Assembly (NCBI RefSeq): GCF_006345805.1
Contig: NC_043009.1
Coordinates: 37,696,001-37,760,000, forward strand
Length of the DNA stretch: 64,000 bases
DNA from: Octopus sinensis
Lineage: Eukaryota
Direction of reading: 5' to 3'
Shown: positions 25,908 through 39,521 of the stretch, piece after piece
Numbering within the stretch: the first letter of the stretch is position 1
Layout of the letters: each line of letters starts with the position of its first letter
Notes under the pieces: model-generated
The model's input: the letters and a program-made list of their open reading frames with translations, nothing else
Database searches by the model: none
Told to the model about the DNA's origin: nothing
Position numbers and translations under genes: made by a program

Positions 25908-26389
25908 TTTTAAGGTTATCTCAATAGATTTCTTAAAGAATCCAAAGCAAGCACTGCAAGTTACAACACTTTGTAAACATATGCGTCTTTGTAAACAATG
26001 TGATCAAAGATAGGAAAAATAGATAATGGGTGTATATACATATTTCGAGAGTTATTGCTCTTTCATCAGCACTACAACTAACCCATCAACTATCCATGAT
26101 CACATTGTTTAAATACCAACTAAACTGTGATTGCCTTGTTTACATAGATCTATTTGTTTATGAAACATCATAACTTATAGTGCTGGCTTCAAATTCTATA
26201 GGAAATCTGAAGAGATAAACTGAAAAGTGAGTACATTGCATTACTAACACAAGATAAGACACAATATTGACTTGTAAACATCTAATATACTTGGTAGTAT
26301 ATTATAGTTGCCAAAAAAATACTGTGTCTTTGCCAGTAATTAATATATGTGTGTGTGTGCAAAGGGAATGTTGTTTAGTGTTGTGTTTA

Positions 26390-26698
26390 TTTATTTATGC
26401 GTCCTTTTCAAGCCTAGCCAGGCTCATGGGCCCGGTTTCCGGGTTTCTGTGGCGTAAGTGTTACCCCCAGCTGGACGGGATGCCAGTCCATTGCAGCATT
26501 ACTCAAGAAACAGGGAGAAAGGGTGAGAGAAAGTTGGGGTGAAAGAGTACAACAGGGGTCGCCCCCCCTGCCAGAGCCTCGTGTAGCTTTTTAGGTGTTT
26601 TTGGTCACTAAACACACACAGTGTCTGGTTTGGGAATTGAAATCGCGATCGTCTGACCGCGAGTCCGCTGTACTAACCATTGGGCCATTGTGCCTCCA
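26390..26698 (-). mobile_element. tRNA-derived SINE family C
   Basis: Reverse complement of the ggaggcacaatggcccaatggttag head. Similar to 48850-49570 and 61862-62225. Confidence 0.75.
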
Positions 26699-28287
26699 TT
26701 AGTGTTGTGTAGTGTAATATAATTTTGTGGTGCATTGTTGTTATTTTGTTGTTGTTGTTGCCCTCCCCATCTTCCCCGATTGAGCTAATCTGTGATTATA
26801 GGAGGACTCTGCTGGGATCCAGTGTCTACTGATGCATAGTTTCTATAGCAGGATGCTCTTTCTAATGTTAGCCACCTCACAGGGTGAAGTACTGGGTGCT
26901 TTTTTTAATGGCACTGACACTAGTGAGGTCACCAAGTGCTCACAAGACAAGACCCCCACCACCACCACCACCTCAACTGAGTAGGAGAGCTGTACTGAAG
27001 GATGTGAAAGTATGATAGAGGGACAGATGTGTTGTCAATTGAAGTATAGTTGTATAAGGTTTTTTAATGAAGTATACTGTAACGTGTTTTGAAAGTTTTG
27101 CGCAGCAGTGTGTAATGTATATTGTATTGTGACATCTAGTGGAATATTGCTTTGTGTTGTGCAGTGTTGTAGTATGAAGTACAGTATTTTGTAGCACCAT
27201 ATAATGTTGTGTGGTGTAAGGTAGTGATGTGTTGTATAGCAAAGAGATGTGTTGTTTAATGGAATTTGATATTGTGTAGTGAAGTCGAGTGTTGTGTAGT
27301 TAAATATGATGTTATGAAGCAGAGTGTTGTGTGGTTAAATATGATATGAAATAGAGTGTTGTGTAGTTAAATATTATGTTACATAGTATTGTATACTCAC
27401 AAGGACATGGCTCAGCAAATCACTCAAAGATTTTGCGTGTTATGATATTTTTCAGTAATTGTTTTTATTATTTACTGATCAAATGTTATTAAATTTTTAC
27501 CCTAAATATATTTCCAAACACAAAGCAATATCATTAGGTGTGTTAATAATAATTTGAAGGTATTTGGGGGCTTCAAACAAAACCTATTTATTTTCTCATA
27601 TGTTCTATTATTCAGCCAGCACAGTGCTTTTTGAAACCAAACACCCATGATAAATGAAGATAGATGTATAGCATTGGGTAGTAAATAATACTGTGTAATG
27701 AAATATTGTATACTTTAATCCTATGCCTATCATATATGACACATGTGATACACAAGCCATATTTCTCTGGAATCCATGCAATATATATGGTACACATTCT
27801 CAATTATTTTCACACACTAAAAAACTTGGGACTTAGGAAAGGAAAGCTTTGTTATTCAGAATGTATGAAACAATGACTTATTAAAAGTCTAATAGCAATG
27901 CTTAGAATAAAAAAGCCTGATTATCTTAGTAATGAGAAATAGGCCATGGCAAATCAGGTAACTTGCCCTGAATTCTGGTCATTCATATTTCAGGTACATC
28001 TTGCGATTGTATGATTTGAATGGGAGTTTCCACCATATGGTCATAACTGTAGAGGAATTGGACAATGAGTGCAGAGGTTCCTGAGAAAGCAGAGGCTGAA
28101 GGGAGAGATAGATGAATACAGAGGATTCTTGGCTGCTGCTCAACCCAGAGTTTAAAAAAGAATCACATTGTCTGCAACAAACACAGAACTTTCCTGCTTC
28201 TCACTAACACAAAGTTATAAAGATCTCATTTCTATTCAACATACATTCACACTTCTAGCCAAATATATGTACATAGACACATACTTC

Positions 28288-28553
28288 ATCATCATTGTTC
28301 GACCATGGTCGAGACAATGGAATTTACTATGTTACGTTAGACTTCACAGTCCATCATAGCATTACAGAGGTCCTGTTGCTGGATGCCTGTATCAGGGTAG
28401 GAGAGTGTGTGCTCTCTGGTATTGCGAGCAGATGGCTTCCAGAGGAGAAGAGTAGAAATTACCTTGTTTTCAGCTCTACAACAATGTCCAGCAAACTGAA
28501 CTCTTCTACCTTTCACAAAAGATGATACAAATGGTAATTTCTCATATATTTGT
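28288..28553 (-). mobile_element. LINE 3' end (RTE-group, second family)
   Basis: RRVQFAGHCCRAENKVISTLLLWKP...RNAMMD; same family as 49130-49520. Confidence 0.8.
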
Positions 28554-29301
28554 CATTAGCATTCAGTTTAATATACTTAACAATCTCTCTATGTCTTTAT
28601 GTAAATATATAGATTCATTGAAAACTTGGTGTTTATATGGGAGTGACATGCAGTCAAGCCAAAATATCAGTCACCCATTTAACTAACTTTCACAGTCTGA
28701 AAGCAAGCTTGGATGTTTAGGACAAACATATGAAAATGCTTTGGATAGGTTAAGGGTTAAATAATTAGGTATTGCTGTGTAGTGAAGCATATTGTAGACT
28801 AGTTTTGCGCAGTGTAGTTTTGCGCAGTAGTAGAGTATGATTTTATGTGGTGAAACAGGGTGTTATATTAAGCATTGTACCTAATAGTATCACAGAATAA
28901 ACTGCATAACAAAAGTCATTGCACAAATAACAAGCACATTATCACTGCATGAACTACATGACAACTTATAAGGCACATTGCATATCTAAGCTCATGCAAG
29001 AATGGGACAGACTATATAACTTGAACACATTCTATACCTAAATATATTGTATAATGGGAAATGCTGTCTAATTAAACTCACTGTATAACAAGATATGTTG
29101 CATAACTAAGCTCACCATATAATTGAACACACTGCATATGGAATATTGAAAGGAAGACAGTGTATTACAAGGAAACAAGGTAAGTTGGTTTAATTTATAT
29201 ATTAATAGAAATGTGTAAGATGTGTGTTGTGTATGTACATGTGTATGTGTGTCTATATGCACACATATACATGCATGTACACTGTACATTACATACAAAC
29301 C

Positions 29302-29333
<32 letters not shown>

Positions 29334-29899
29334 TATCATCATCATCATCATCATGATATATCATCATTATCATCATCATAGTTTAATGTTCACCTTCTAT
29401 ACTGGCATAGGTTGGACAGTTTGACAGGAGCCAGCCAGGTAGAAAACTACATCAGCCTCTGTTTTGGCATGGTTTTTATGGCTGGATGCCATTCCTAACA
29501 TTAATCAATCTGCAGAATGGACTGAGTGCTTTTTATGTGGCACCAGCATAGGCAAGGTCAGTTTTGGCATGGTTTTTACAGCTGATGAAATGTTTTCTTT
29601 TTTGGATCAATAAAAAACATGTTTGAAACAGCGGTAGTGAACCACAATCCATCTGTTTATATATATGTGTGTGTGTGTGGAGAAAGAGAGAGAAACAGAC
29701 AAACAATTAGATAAGAAATTGTGTGTTTGAGTGTGTGTTTGCATATGTGTACATGTATGTGTGTGTGAGTGAGTGAAAATGTGTTACTGTCGATCATATG
29801 TAATAAACACTAACTTTGGAAATGCCATGGTTAAATTGAAAACTATGAGACTAATTGAATTTTTAGAGAATCAGTAAGGAAGGTGAACATTAAAAAATA

Positions 29900-30540
29900 A
29901 CTTATTTATCTAAGTTTTAACATCATCTCCTTAGAAATAGTCATCTTGCGCAGCAATACGCTGGTCCCAGTGTTCCTGACATTTTTAGAATCCGGCCTGG
30001 CAGTCATTTTCCGTAAGTGAGTCAAGGACCTTCTGTCATTTGCTCCTGATCTCGACAAGCAGCAACCTTTGACTGCATTTTTGTCTTGGGAAAGCTATGC
30101 AAGTCTGCAGGTGCTAAATTTTGAAAATAAGGTGGGTGTGGAAGTGATACCATGTTGTTTTTGGTGAGAAACACATGACTGAAGAGAGTTCAATGACGGA
30201 GTGGATTGTCATTGTGAAGAATCCAATTCTTCGCTGAAAGTCCTTCCACAAATGCTTCAAAACATTGACTATCTTCTGTTGATCCTCATGCGCAAGCTGA
30301 TGGATTTTCTCCACATTTCCAGGGCTGATACTTACGGCACTCTTCCAGATTGCTCACCTGCTTTTGAAGCATACCATTGCCTCATCACTGTAAGCTTGCT
30401 GAAGTGTGGTCACTCACTGTCTCTGTAGCAGACTTCTCAAGTTTAATGCAAAATTTCACATTGGCTTTTTGTTCCAACTTCCTGTCCATGACAAAAATTG
30501 CAAACTACAACATACATGTGATCACAAAAACAAATTTCAT
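29900..30540 (-). pseudogene. Internally deleted mariner element
   Basis: LEQKANVKFCIKLEKSATET N-terminus and FFTMT/HDN-region remnants. Similar to 42250-43165. Confidence 0.75.
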
Positions 30541-33001
30541 AGGCATAGGAGTGGCTGTGTGGTAAGTAGCTTGCTTACCAACCACATGGTTCCGAGTTCA
30601 GTTCCACTGTGTGGCACCCTGGGCAAGTGTCTTCTACTATAGCTTTGGGCCAACCAAAGCCTTGTGAGTGGATTTGGTTGATGGAAACTGAAAGAAGCCC
30701 GTCATATACAGTTTTCTTCTTTTGCACACTACATCTGATGTCTCTTATTCCCAGTTTTTCTCTTAAGACACTTACACTCTGTTGATACATGCACACTGAC
30801 ATTGCAATTCCAGAGGAGGATACTAGCTTCATTTCTTTCAAGCCTTAGCATGTCTTCTACAGTCACAGCCTATGTTTCACTGTCATGTAGCATGGCTGTT
30901 TGCACACAGGCATCATACAATCTGGCTTTCACTAGGGCATGTAGCCTAGTGGTTACAGTGTTGTACTCACAATTAGAAGATCATGGTTTGCGTTTTTAAG
31001 AAAAACACTTTATTTAATGTTGCTCCAATTTGCTCAGCTGTAAATGAGTTCCAGGAATAGCTGTGAAGTTAAGTATGAAGATGGACAAACTGGTATCCTG
31101 TTCAGAGGGAGTGTTGTAATATCAGTTACTTATATGGAAACTAGGTTGAACTTGGTTTTATAAGTCTTAGGACCCACAAAACAAAAAAAAAGTGGGATAC
31201 CACTTGGATGCAAGCTGGGGCTTGATCAACCTCAGTTGGATTGCCAGGATGAAGGTGATATTATAAGACTCTAAGCACTTGGTTACATCAGGATTTGATG
31301 TTAATAATGTATCCAAGTATTGCATCCAACGATGTATCGAGAATTACATTGTATATTTTATATTATATCATTTAGGAACATGGTAAGCTGGCAGAGTTGT
31401 TGGCATGTTGGGTAAAATGCTTAGTGGTATTTTGTCCATCTTTATGTTCTGAGTTCAAATTCTACTGAGGTCAACTTTACCTTTCATTCTTTCAGGGTTG
31501 TACCAGCTGAGCACTGGAGTTGGTGTAATCTACTTACCTGCTCCCCCATGATTTACTGGCCTTGTGCCAAAATTTGGAACTAGTATTATATCATTTAAGC
31601 ATAAGCATGGCTCTGTAGTTAAGAAGCTCACTTTGTGACCATGTGGTTTCAGGTTTAGTCCTACTGTATGGTACTTTGGGCAAGTGTATTCTAGTACAGC
31701 CTCAAGTCAACCAACACCTTGCAAGTGAATTTGATAGATAGAAACTGTGTGGAAACCCATCATATATATATGTATATATATATATATATAGGGAGAGCGA
31801 GAGAGAAAAGGTCGCCAGAATTTGGAAAAAACTCTTTTTATTCATTCATTATTATTGGCACTTTCATTCATTTCTCGGACTTGTCAAATAGAATTTTTGA
31901 ATGAAATTGGTTGGGTAGTTCTCATGTATATATATAAACTTGAGAATGTGTGTGTGTGCATCACTAAAACTTGAGAACTACCCAGCTGATTTCATTAAAA
32001 AAAAATTATATTTGACAAGTTCGATAAAGAATGGATAAATAAAAAGATTTTTTTCCAAAATTCTGGCAACCTTTTTTCTCACAGTATCTGTACACCACAC
32101 CTAACACTCTATACACACATGCATACACACACACACACACACACACACAATACATAACTGATAGAATAAGTACCAGACTTTAAAAATAAGTACTCTAGTC
32201 GCTGTATTCAACTAAACCCTCAAAGTCAGTGCCCCAGCTGCAGTTCAATAACTGAAATAAGTAAATGATAAAAAATATAACATTATATTGGAATTATTTT
32301 ATATTTTTATACATTTTATACTTATATTATTTTTATTTTATTTTGTTAGATCCCTGTTAAATACTTCCCTAGTTTTCCTGGTTGTCATACTGACAAATAC
32401 CATCCTTGCCATCAATGAGCATCCCCTTCATAATCCCTTTTCTTGAGCAACCATCTTACTCAAATCCCATGGAGTTGATTAATTACAAACCCACTTATCT
32501 GCTAAGATGATCTAACTTGCCACTTATTTATCTTTACATCTAAAAATGACCTAAATTTTGATTTAATTTACATTAATCACAGACATAGGAGGGAGTGTTT
32601 TTGAACAGTCTTTTAACATGGTATGGTATGATATGGATTTGATATCTCCACTTCAGCATGTAAATAAATGTGCTACCACGTCCTTTAAGGAAGTACAGAG
32701 TGGTGACAAAAAATTCTTTACATGCACTGGTTTCATTGAAGAGGCTCTATAGCAATATAGATATGTGTGTGTGTGTGAGTGTGTGTAAATATGCATGTGT
32801 GTGTGTATATATATGATGGTGATGATGATGATGATGATGATGATGGTGATGATGATGGTGATGATGATGATGATGATGTAAAACCTGATTACAAACCTAA
32901 TTGTTTTCAAGCTGTGAAGTGAAATGGCAGTAAATGAGAATGGAAACCAGGTTAGAAACTCATTCGAAATTTATTTCATGAAAACATAATTAACACTAAT
33001 T

Positions 33002-33003
<2 letters not shown>

Positions 33004-33032
<29 letters not shown>

Positions 33033-33830
33033 TTAACGTCCGCTTTCCATGCTAGCATGGGTTGGATGGTTCAACTGGGGTCTGGGGAGCCCGAAAGCTG
33101 CACCAGTCCAGTCAGATCTGGCAGTGTTTCTACAGCTGGATGCCCTTCCTAACGCCAACCACTCCGAGAGTGTAGTGGGTGATTTTATGTGCCACCGACA
33201 CAGGTGCCAGACGAGGCTGGCAAACGGCCACGCTCGGATGGTGTTTTTATGTGCCACCGACACAGGTGCCAGACGAGGCTGGCAGACGGCCACGCTCGGA
33301 TGGTGTTTTTATGTGCCACCGACACAGGTGCCAGATGAGGCTGGCAAACGGCCACGATCGGATGGTGCTTGTTACGTGCCCACAGCACGGAGGCCAGTCG
33401 ATGCGGTACTGGCTACGGCCACGTTCGGATGGTTTTCTTGTGTGCCACGTGCCACCGGCACTGGTACCACAAGATACAAATTCCATTGATGTTCATCTAT
33501 TTTGATTGTTTTGATTTTCACTTGCCTCAACAGGTCTTCACAAGTGTCACAAGAAGGAAGGTATGCACAGGTGGACTGACTACGTCCCAGGTAGGGGCCA
33601 TGGGTTATGGCCTGACTAGTCTTGCCGGGTCTTCGGATGGTGTTTTTATGTGCCACCGACACAGGTGCTAGATGAGGCTGGCGAACGGCCACGATCGGAT
33701 GGTGTTTGTCATGTGCCCACCGCACTGACTACAGCACTGATGGATTTCTTGTGTGCCACAGGCACTGGTACCACAAGATACAAATTCCATTGATGTTCAT
33801 CTATTTTTTCTATTTTGATTTGATTTGATT
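33004..33830 (-). mobile_element. RTE 3' end with 62-bp tandem modules and an internal duplication
   Basis: Unit ttttatgtgccaccgacacaggtgccagacgaggctggcaaacggccacgctcggatggtgt occurs three times from 33183, with a further copy at about 33635. Confidence 0.85.
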
Positions 33831-33920
33831 ATATATATATATAATGTATAAGAATTTTTTTGTGTAATGAGATAAAAAAACCAAGGCTGTATAGATATAT
33901 GAGCATTTATAGATAGAAGG

Positions 33921-33970
33921 TCTTACAGCTGTTTCTAGGATATTAATTAATAATATCCCTTCATCGGAAA
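33921..33970 (-). ncRNA. Minimal hammerhead ribozyme motif (one core substitution)
   Basis: Minus strand: CCGAUGA a GGGAUAUUA uuaau UAAUAUCCU a GAAAC agcu GUA aga. Confidence 0.55.
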
Positions 33971-34242
33971 AATTAAGTCATAGTTAGTTTCGATGTGATA
34001 CAAATAGAGAGTAAGGTGGAGGAAAGAAAATAGATGCAAGATATGTATGGGTATTGAAGTTGTAAATCCGTTTTATAGGCATAATGGTATATATGTGTAA
34101 TATTCCAATATCCTTTGAGTAAAATCCAAAAGTCCAACAGAGTTTAATATGAATCCATCCAGATATAGAGTTTATAATTTATAGAGCAATAAGAAAATGG
34201 AGTGGATCAATAGGTAGTTCATGACCCCTCCATTTTCTTATT

Positions 34243-34307
<65 letters not shown>

Positions 34308-34313
<6 letters not shown>

Positions 34314-35113
34314 AACCTTTACATAAATAAATAACGTGAAATACACGAAGGGACGAACAAAAAGACAAACGGATCATTCAAAGCCTTCGTTCTTCAGTCA
34401 GAAACTGATCCCTCATCGCAGATTTCGGCTGTTTAATTCTGAGATCTGCTCTGAATCAGCCAGCCACAGAAGGAAAGAATGCAACGCAACAGAGACGAAC
34501 ATGAAACGAAAAATCTTTTTTGGAGACAGTAACGGTTAAAAACATGGCTGACACAGGCGCCCTATGGCTTTGAGACAAAAAGAGAGACACAAAAACAATA
34601 TCAGCAAGCGTGGAAAAATAATTACCTTTTCGGTGATAAGACACATGTTGAACAAGCGGCCGATGGCAACAGAATGGCTGAGGCAGCAAGTCGTAAGAGG
34701 GTAAGAGAGAGAAGGGGGTAAGAGAGAGAGGGGACCAAGGAGGGTGGAAGGCGAGGACAGAAGCAGTGACCAAGAGAGAGAGGGAGAGAAGGAATCAGAG
34801 AAGAAGCAGTGACCAAGAGAAAGAGGGAGAGAAGGAATCAGAGAGGCTGGGAGAAAAAGGCGCCAAAACAATTTGGCAACGAAGCAATGGCGAAGGAAAG
34901 AAAATAGTTTAAAGACATCGTGCAGGGGTGGTGATATGATAAACATAAAGAAGTTATTATGCACGTACGCTGCGAAATATATAATAAACCTTTACATAAA
35001 TAAATAACGTGAAATACACGAAGGGACGAACAAAAAGACAAACGGATCTTTCAAAGCCTTCGTTCTTCAGTCAGAAACTGATCCCTCATCGCAGATTTCG
35101 GCTGTTTAATTCT
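34308..35113. mobile_element. Non-coding element bounded by 133-bp direct repeats (673-bp period)
   Basis: 34308-34440 and 34981-35113 differ at one position. The body is CpG-rich with an internal 42-bp purine-rich duplication, and it abuts a (TA)n tract. Confidence 0.75.
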
Positions 35114-35117
35114 ACTG

Positions 35118-35830
35118 AACACTCTATTCCAATTTCCTTTATATTCTTCTTGATGCCTTCTGATACTGTTCCCAAGGACCCAACAATAATTGTCACTATC
35201 TTCACTTTCTTCATTTTCCATAGTCAGGCTATTTCATACTTAAAGGATTGTATCTATCTATCTTTTCGCCTTCCTTCTTGACTATTCATGGGGCAAAGCG
35301 GCATGCAATATCAACTATATAGCATATGTGGTGCACCTTGTCCACCATCACTAGGTGGACAAGGTGCACCACATATGCTATATGTTATGCTCTAGCATCT
35401 GATCTGTTTGGATTGGGAAATCCCAGAGGATTTTGCTAGTCTCCAACTCTGCCACCCTCTGTGGTTTGTGCTCATACCATGTCTTGCCTCTCTCTAGCCC
35501 CCACTTTTTCGCACAGTTTCCAATGTAGCACTTTCACTACCTGGTCATGTTGCCACACCTTGTAGTGGTTTCGGGCAAGTCTAGGGCATTTGTTTGTGAT
35601 ATGGGCAATGGTTTCATCCATTCTATTGCAGGTGTGGCACAGCTGAGACACTTGCTCATTCCTCAGGCTGACCCTCCAGTTTGTGGCTAGAGCTTGGTCC
35701 TGTGTTGCCAGTATAGTGCTCTCAGTCTTTTTTTTTTAGTATTACTTTCATCAGCCAATCCCACCTATTTTTTCCAGCAACTTCTGTTGTGGCTACATGG
35801 AATTGATTGTGTAGTCCCGTCTTGCATAAT
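35118..35830 (-). pseudogene. R4/Dong-like non-LTR retrotransposon C-terminus (Zn knuckle plus restriction-like endonuclease)
   Basis: TESTILATQDQALATN, CHTCNRMDETIAHITNKCPRLARNHYK, HDQVVKVLHWKLC, VDKVHHICYIVDIAC, IVTIIVGSLGTV. Confidence 0.85.
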
Positions 35831-37301
35831 TCTTCATGTCCTTTTTGTACTTCTTCCTTTGTTTTTCCTTTTTTTCTCTGCTCCCTAATATTATTTTTTG
35901 CTATTGGTTAGTGTTATTCCTATTTGCTTCTATTTATAAATCAAAAGAAATGACTACTATTTCTTTCAAACTTTGCTTTTGTGACCTGGCCATCAATGTT
36001 CTGAAACTGGTTCATTTTCCATTACATTTCAGACAGATTCAGTGCTAAGTTGCTGAAGCAGAAAAAGTGTTATAGTAAACTGAAGAAATTCTATATTGTA
36101 GAATTGTATAAAAAACGAAAGGTTTGGGAGGCAGAGAAAATCTGCCTTTTATCATAAGAGATAGTCTGCTCAGTTACCACAGATTTGCTTGTTAGTTGCT
36201 TGACCTTAACCACTTCAGCATGTCCCTTTAGTGTCTTACAATATGTGCATCTGATCATGAGCAGGAGTAGCAAGGGAACATCATAGCCATGTGTTAAGAG
36301 GGATTCTTTGGGGTTTAAATAAATGTAAGAAAAGCAAAGTTTGAAGGAAATATTAGCCATTTTACATACTTTTGGCAGGGGTATGTAAATAGGAAATAAC
36401 AGTTGCTGCCCGAGGACAAAAATCATGTGACACAGTGTCATGAGTTCTATGCAAATTGCTGATTGATTACATAACTATGTATTATTATCATCAAAATAGA
36501 ACAAGATAAAATCTATAGTTGTCTGCGAACTCATTCATCATGAAATTCTCTTTTAAAATCCAGTTATTTGTATTTCCCTACAGCCATTTTCTACTTACTG
36601 CCATTCCACATGATCTTAATTCACCTTGATCTTGATCTACCTCATTTTTCACATCTTTATTTCAAAATAACTCTGGCAAAGTAAAGTATACTAGCCATCT
36701 CAATATGGCTAACCACTAAGGGTGGGTGTTACTGTAGCTTTTAGCCCCAGGAGATCATCGTCTCCAGCTGGCTTTAGGCACACTTTCTGTGCCCTTATGG
36801 TATTTGCAAAGGAGGTCATCCTTCTCTCATAAACCTAAGTGACACGCACAGACTGCAGTTTCTAGGTATTTGCCTGTCTTCAGCGTACGGCAGTCACCGG
36901 TTTTCGATGAAAGGGAGACCTGTTTGCAAATACTTATAGGTTTTTCTAGTAACTTCCGTCACTGATTTTGAAAAACTGTCTGCAAGCAATAATAAATCTC
37001 TGAATTATCCATTTTTTGCTATTTTATTTTTTACACAGTAATTTCCTTTGTTCTCGCAATAAAACTTTTTTACTTGATTTTGTGTGTTGATAGTCTTTAA
37101 CCCTTTAGTGTTTAAATCATTCTTTCAAATGTAATGCTTATTTATTCACAATGTTTTGAATTAATCATGCATTATCTTGTAGCTTTGAGATTTTGACAGT
37201 GTGATAGTATGTTTTTAGAATGATATACGTATAAGAAGTTAGATCTGGTCAGTTTGAACATAAAACTGATAGAATATTTAAGCTGGGTATGGCCTCTTTA
37301 A

Positions 37302-37520
37302 CCTTTTGTTACCAACCCGGCTGAAACTGGCTCTGGCTCTGAGTACAAATGTCTTGATTTCATAAGTTTTGAATTAAAATCTTCCACCATACCTTAGTCA
37401 CTATTAATGTTCCTAACACTAGCTGAATGACAACTAAGTTATTTTACTAAATTCTTTGTTATATTTAAAGTAAGTGAAAGAAACACAGAGCATCTCAAAA
37501 TAAATACAGTAATGCAAGGG
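37302..37520. mobile_element. Inner piggyBac-type MITE
   Basis: TTAA|ccttttgttacc ... gtaatgcaaggg|TTAA. A second copy lies at 52042-52260. Confidence 0.8.
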
Positions 37521-37524
37521 TTAA

Positions 37525-37685
37525 GGGACAAATACTGCATCAATTGTAGGTGCAAGGGAAAGCTCCAGATTGGGTGTGATAGAGAATCATAGGGTTCTTG
37601 ACCAGAATATGTAGACTTTTGTCACGATTGAAGGAGAGGAAATGAAGGCTCAGAGAAAGTGGAAGCAGTGGCAAGGTTGGACTGT
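37525..37685 (-). pseudogene. PLE linker/Zn-finger fragment
   Basis: Matches positions 1-95 and continues into SGAFPCTYN*CSICP (CxxxxCxxC). Confidence 0.6.
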
Positions 37686-37727
37686 AATTGAAAGAAACAC
37701 AGCATCTCAAGATAAATACAGTAACGA

Positions 37728-38140
37728 AGGCAATCTGGCAGAATCGTTAGTACACCGGACGAAATGCTTAGTGGTATTTCGTCTGCAGTTACGTTCTGAG
37801 TTCAAATTCCGCCGAGGTCGACTTTGCCTTTCATCCTTTCGGGGTTGATAAATTAAGTACCAGTTACGCACTGGAGTCAATATAATTGACTTAATCCGTT
37901 TGTCTGTCCTTGTTTGTCCTCTCTGTGTTTAGCCTCTTGTGGGTAGTAAAGAAATAGGTATTTCGTCTGCCATTACATTCTGAGTTCAAATTCCGCCGAG
38001 GTCGACTTTGCCTTTCATCCTTTCGGGGCTGATTAAATAAGTACCAGTTACGCACTGGGGTCGATATAATTGACTTAATCTGTTTGTCTGTCTTTGTTTG
38101 TCTTCTCTGTGTTTAGCCTCTTGTGGGTAGTAAAGAAATA
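37728..38140 (+). mobile_element. SINE family B partial tandem dimer
   Basis: The body gtatttcgtctgc...gggtagtaaagaaata occurs twice. Confidence 0.85.
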
Positions 38141-38399
38141 AGTTAAATGCTAAAGATTTAAGGGAGCTAATTTTATCAGTTACAGCTTATATACTTTGAG
38201 CTGTTGCTACTGCTATACTGCCTTGAAGTGCTTTTAGGTGAATGAATAGACCCTATTGCTTCTTTCTTTGTAAACCTGATACTTATTCTATCAGTCTCTT
38301 TTGTCAGATGACTAAGTTACAGGGATATAAGCGTAACAACACAGATAAAGGACAAATACAGACACGTGCAAACACACATATGTATATATCCTTTTAGTT

Positions 38400-38681
38400 C
38401 TTTATTCTTTTATTTGTTTCAGTCTTTTGACTGCGGCCATGCTGGAGCATCGCCTTTAGTCGAATAAATTGACCCCCAGGACTTATTATTTGTAAGCCTA
38501 GTACTTATTCTATCGGTCTCTTTTGCTAAACCGCTATGTTATGGGGACATAAACACACCAGCATCGGTTGTCAAGTAATGCAAGGGTGGGGACAAATACA
38601 GACACACAATCACATACACACACACACACACATATATATACATACATATATATATATACATATATATACATATATACATAC

Positions 38682-38712
<31 letters not shown>

Positions 38713-38888
38713 ATATATATAATATATATATATATACACACACACATATATGACGGGCTTCTTTCAGTTTCCATCTACCAAATCCACTCACAAGGCTTTG
38801 GTTGGCCCAAGGCTATAGTAGAAGACACTTGCCTAAGGTGCCACGCAGTGGGACTGAACCCGGAACCATGCAGTTTGTGAGCAAGCTA
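38400..38888 (-). mobile_element. SINE family A copy
   Basis: Matches 19165-19565. Confidence 0.8.
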
Positions 38889-39420
38889 TATAAAAAGAAA
38901 CTTTATAATACCTATTTCTACCATAATGTTAAGCTGGTCATGATAAAACTATTCAACAACTCAACAATGAATCTATAATAAAATTCAGATATCATCTGAC
39001 TAGGGGTATGCATTTCCTATTACATTAAAACTGAAGATTAAGGGCTAAAGAATAAGATAAGTATTTCTATAACAGGTACACTTACTTAAAAACCTAGGTA
39101 AAATATATGTATAAAAAATAGCCAACATTTCGAAAAAAAAGGATATAAGAAGGTATAAAAGTACCATCTGACTGGCCCCTGTGCCGGTGGCACGTAAATG
39201 CACCCACTACACTGTCAGAGTGGTTGGCGTTAGGAAGGGCATCCAGCTGGAGAAACTCTGCCAGATCAAGATTGGAGCCTGGTGCAGCCATCTGGTTTGC
39301 CAGCCCTCAGTTAAACCGTCCAACCCATGCTAGCATGGAAAGTGGACGTTAACCGATGATGATATATCCATAAAAATATCATCCATATATATATACACAC
39401 ACACACACACATATATATAT

Positions 39421-39521
<101 letters not shown>

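Larger units (their letters stand above)
37101..38157. mobile_element. piggyBac-type MITE (TTAA TSD) containing nested insertions
   Basis: TTAA|ccctttagtgtttaaa ... ttaaatgctaaagat|TTAA. An uninterrupted relative lies at about 63215-63433. Confidence 0.65.

Noticed and set aside
27050-27395. Periodic TGTAG/TGTTG region and its 89-aa ORF
   Set aside because: A degenerate pentanucleotide satellite with no coding evidence.
33183-33370. 62-bp direct repeats as a CRISPR-like array
   Set aside because: Contiguous tandem units without unique spacers, inside an RTE 3'UTR, in a eukaryotic context with no cas genes.
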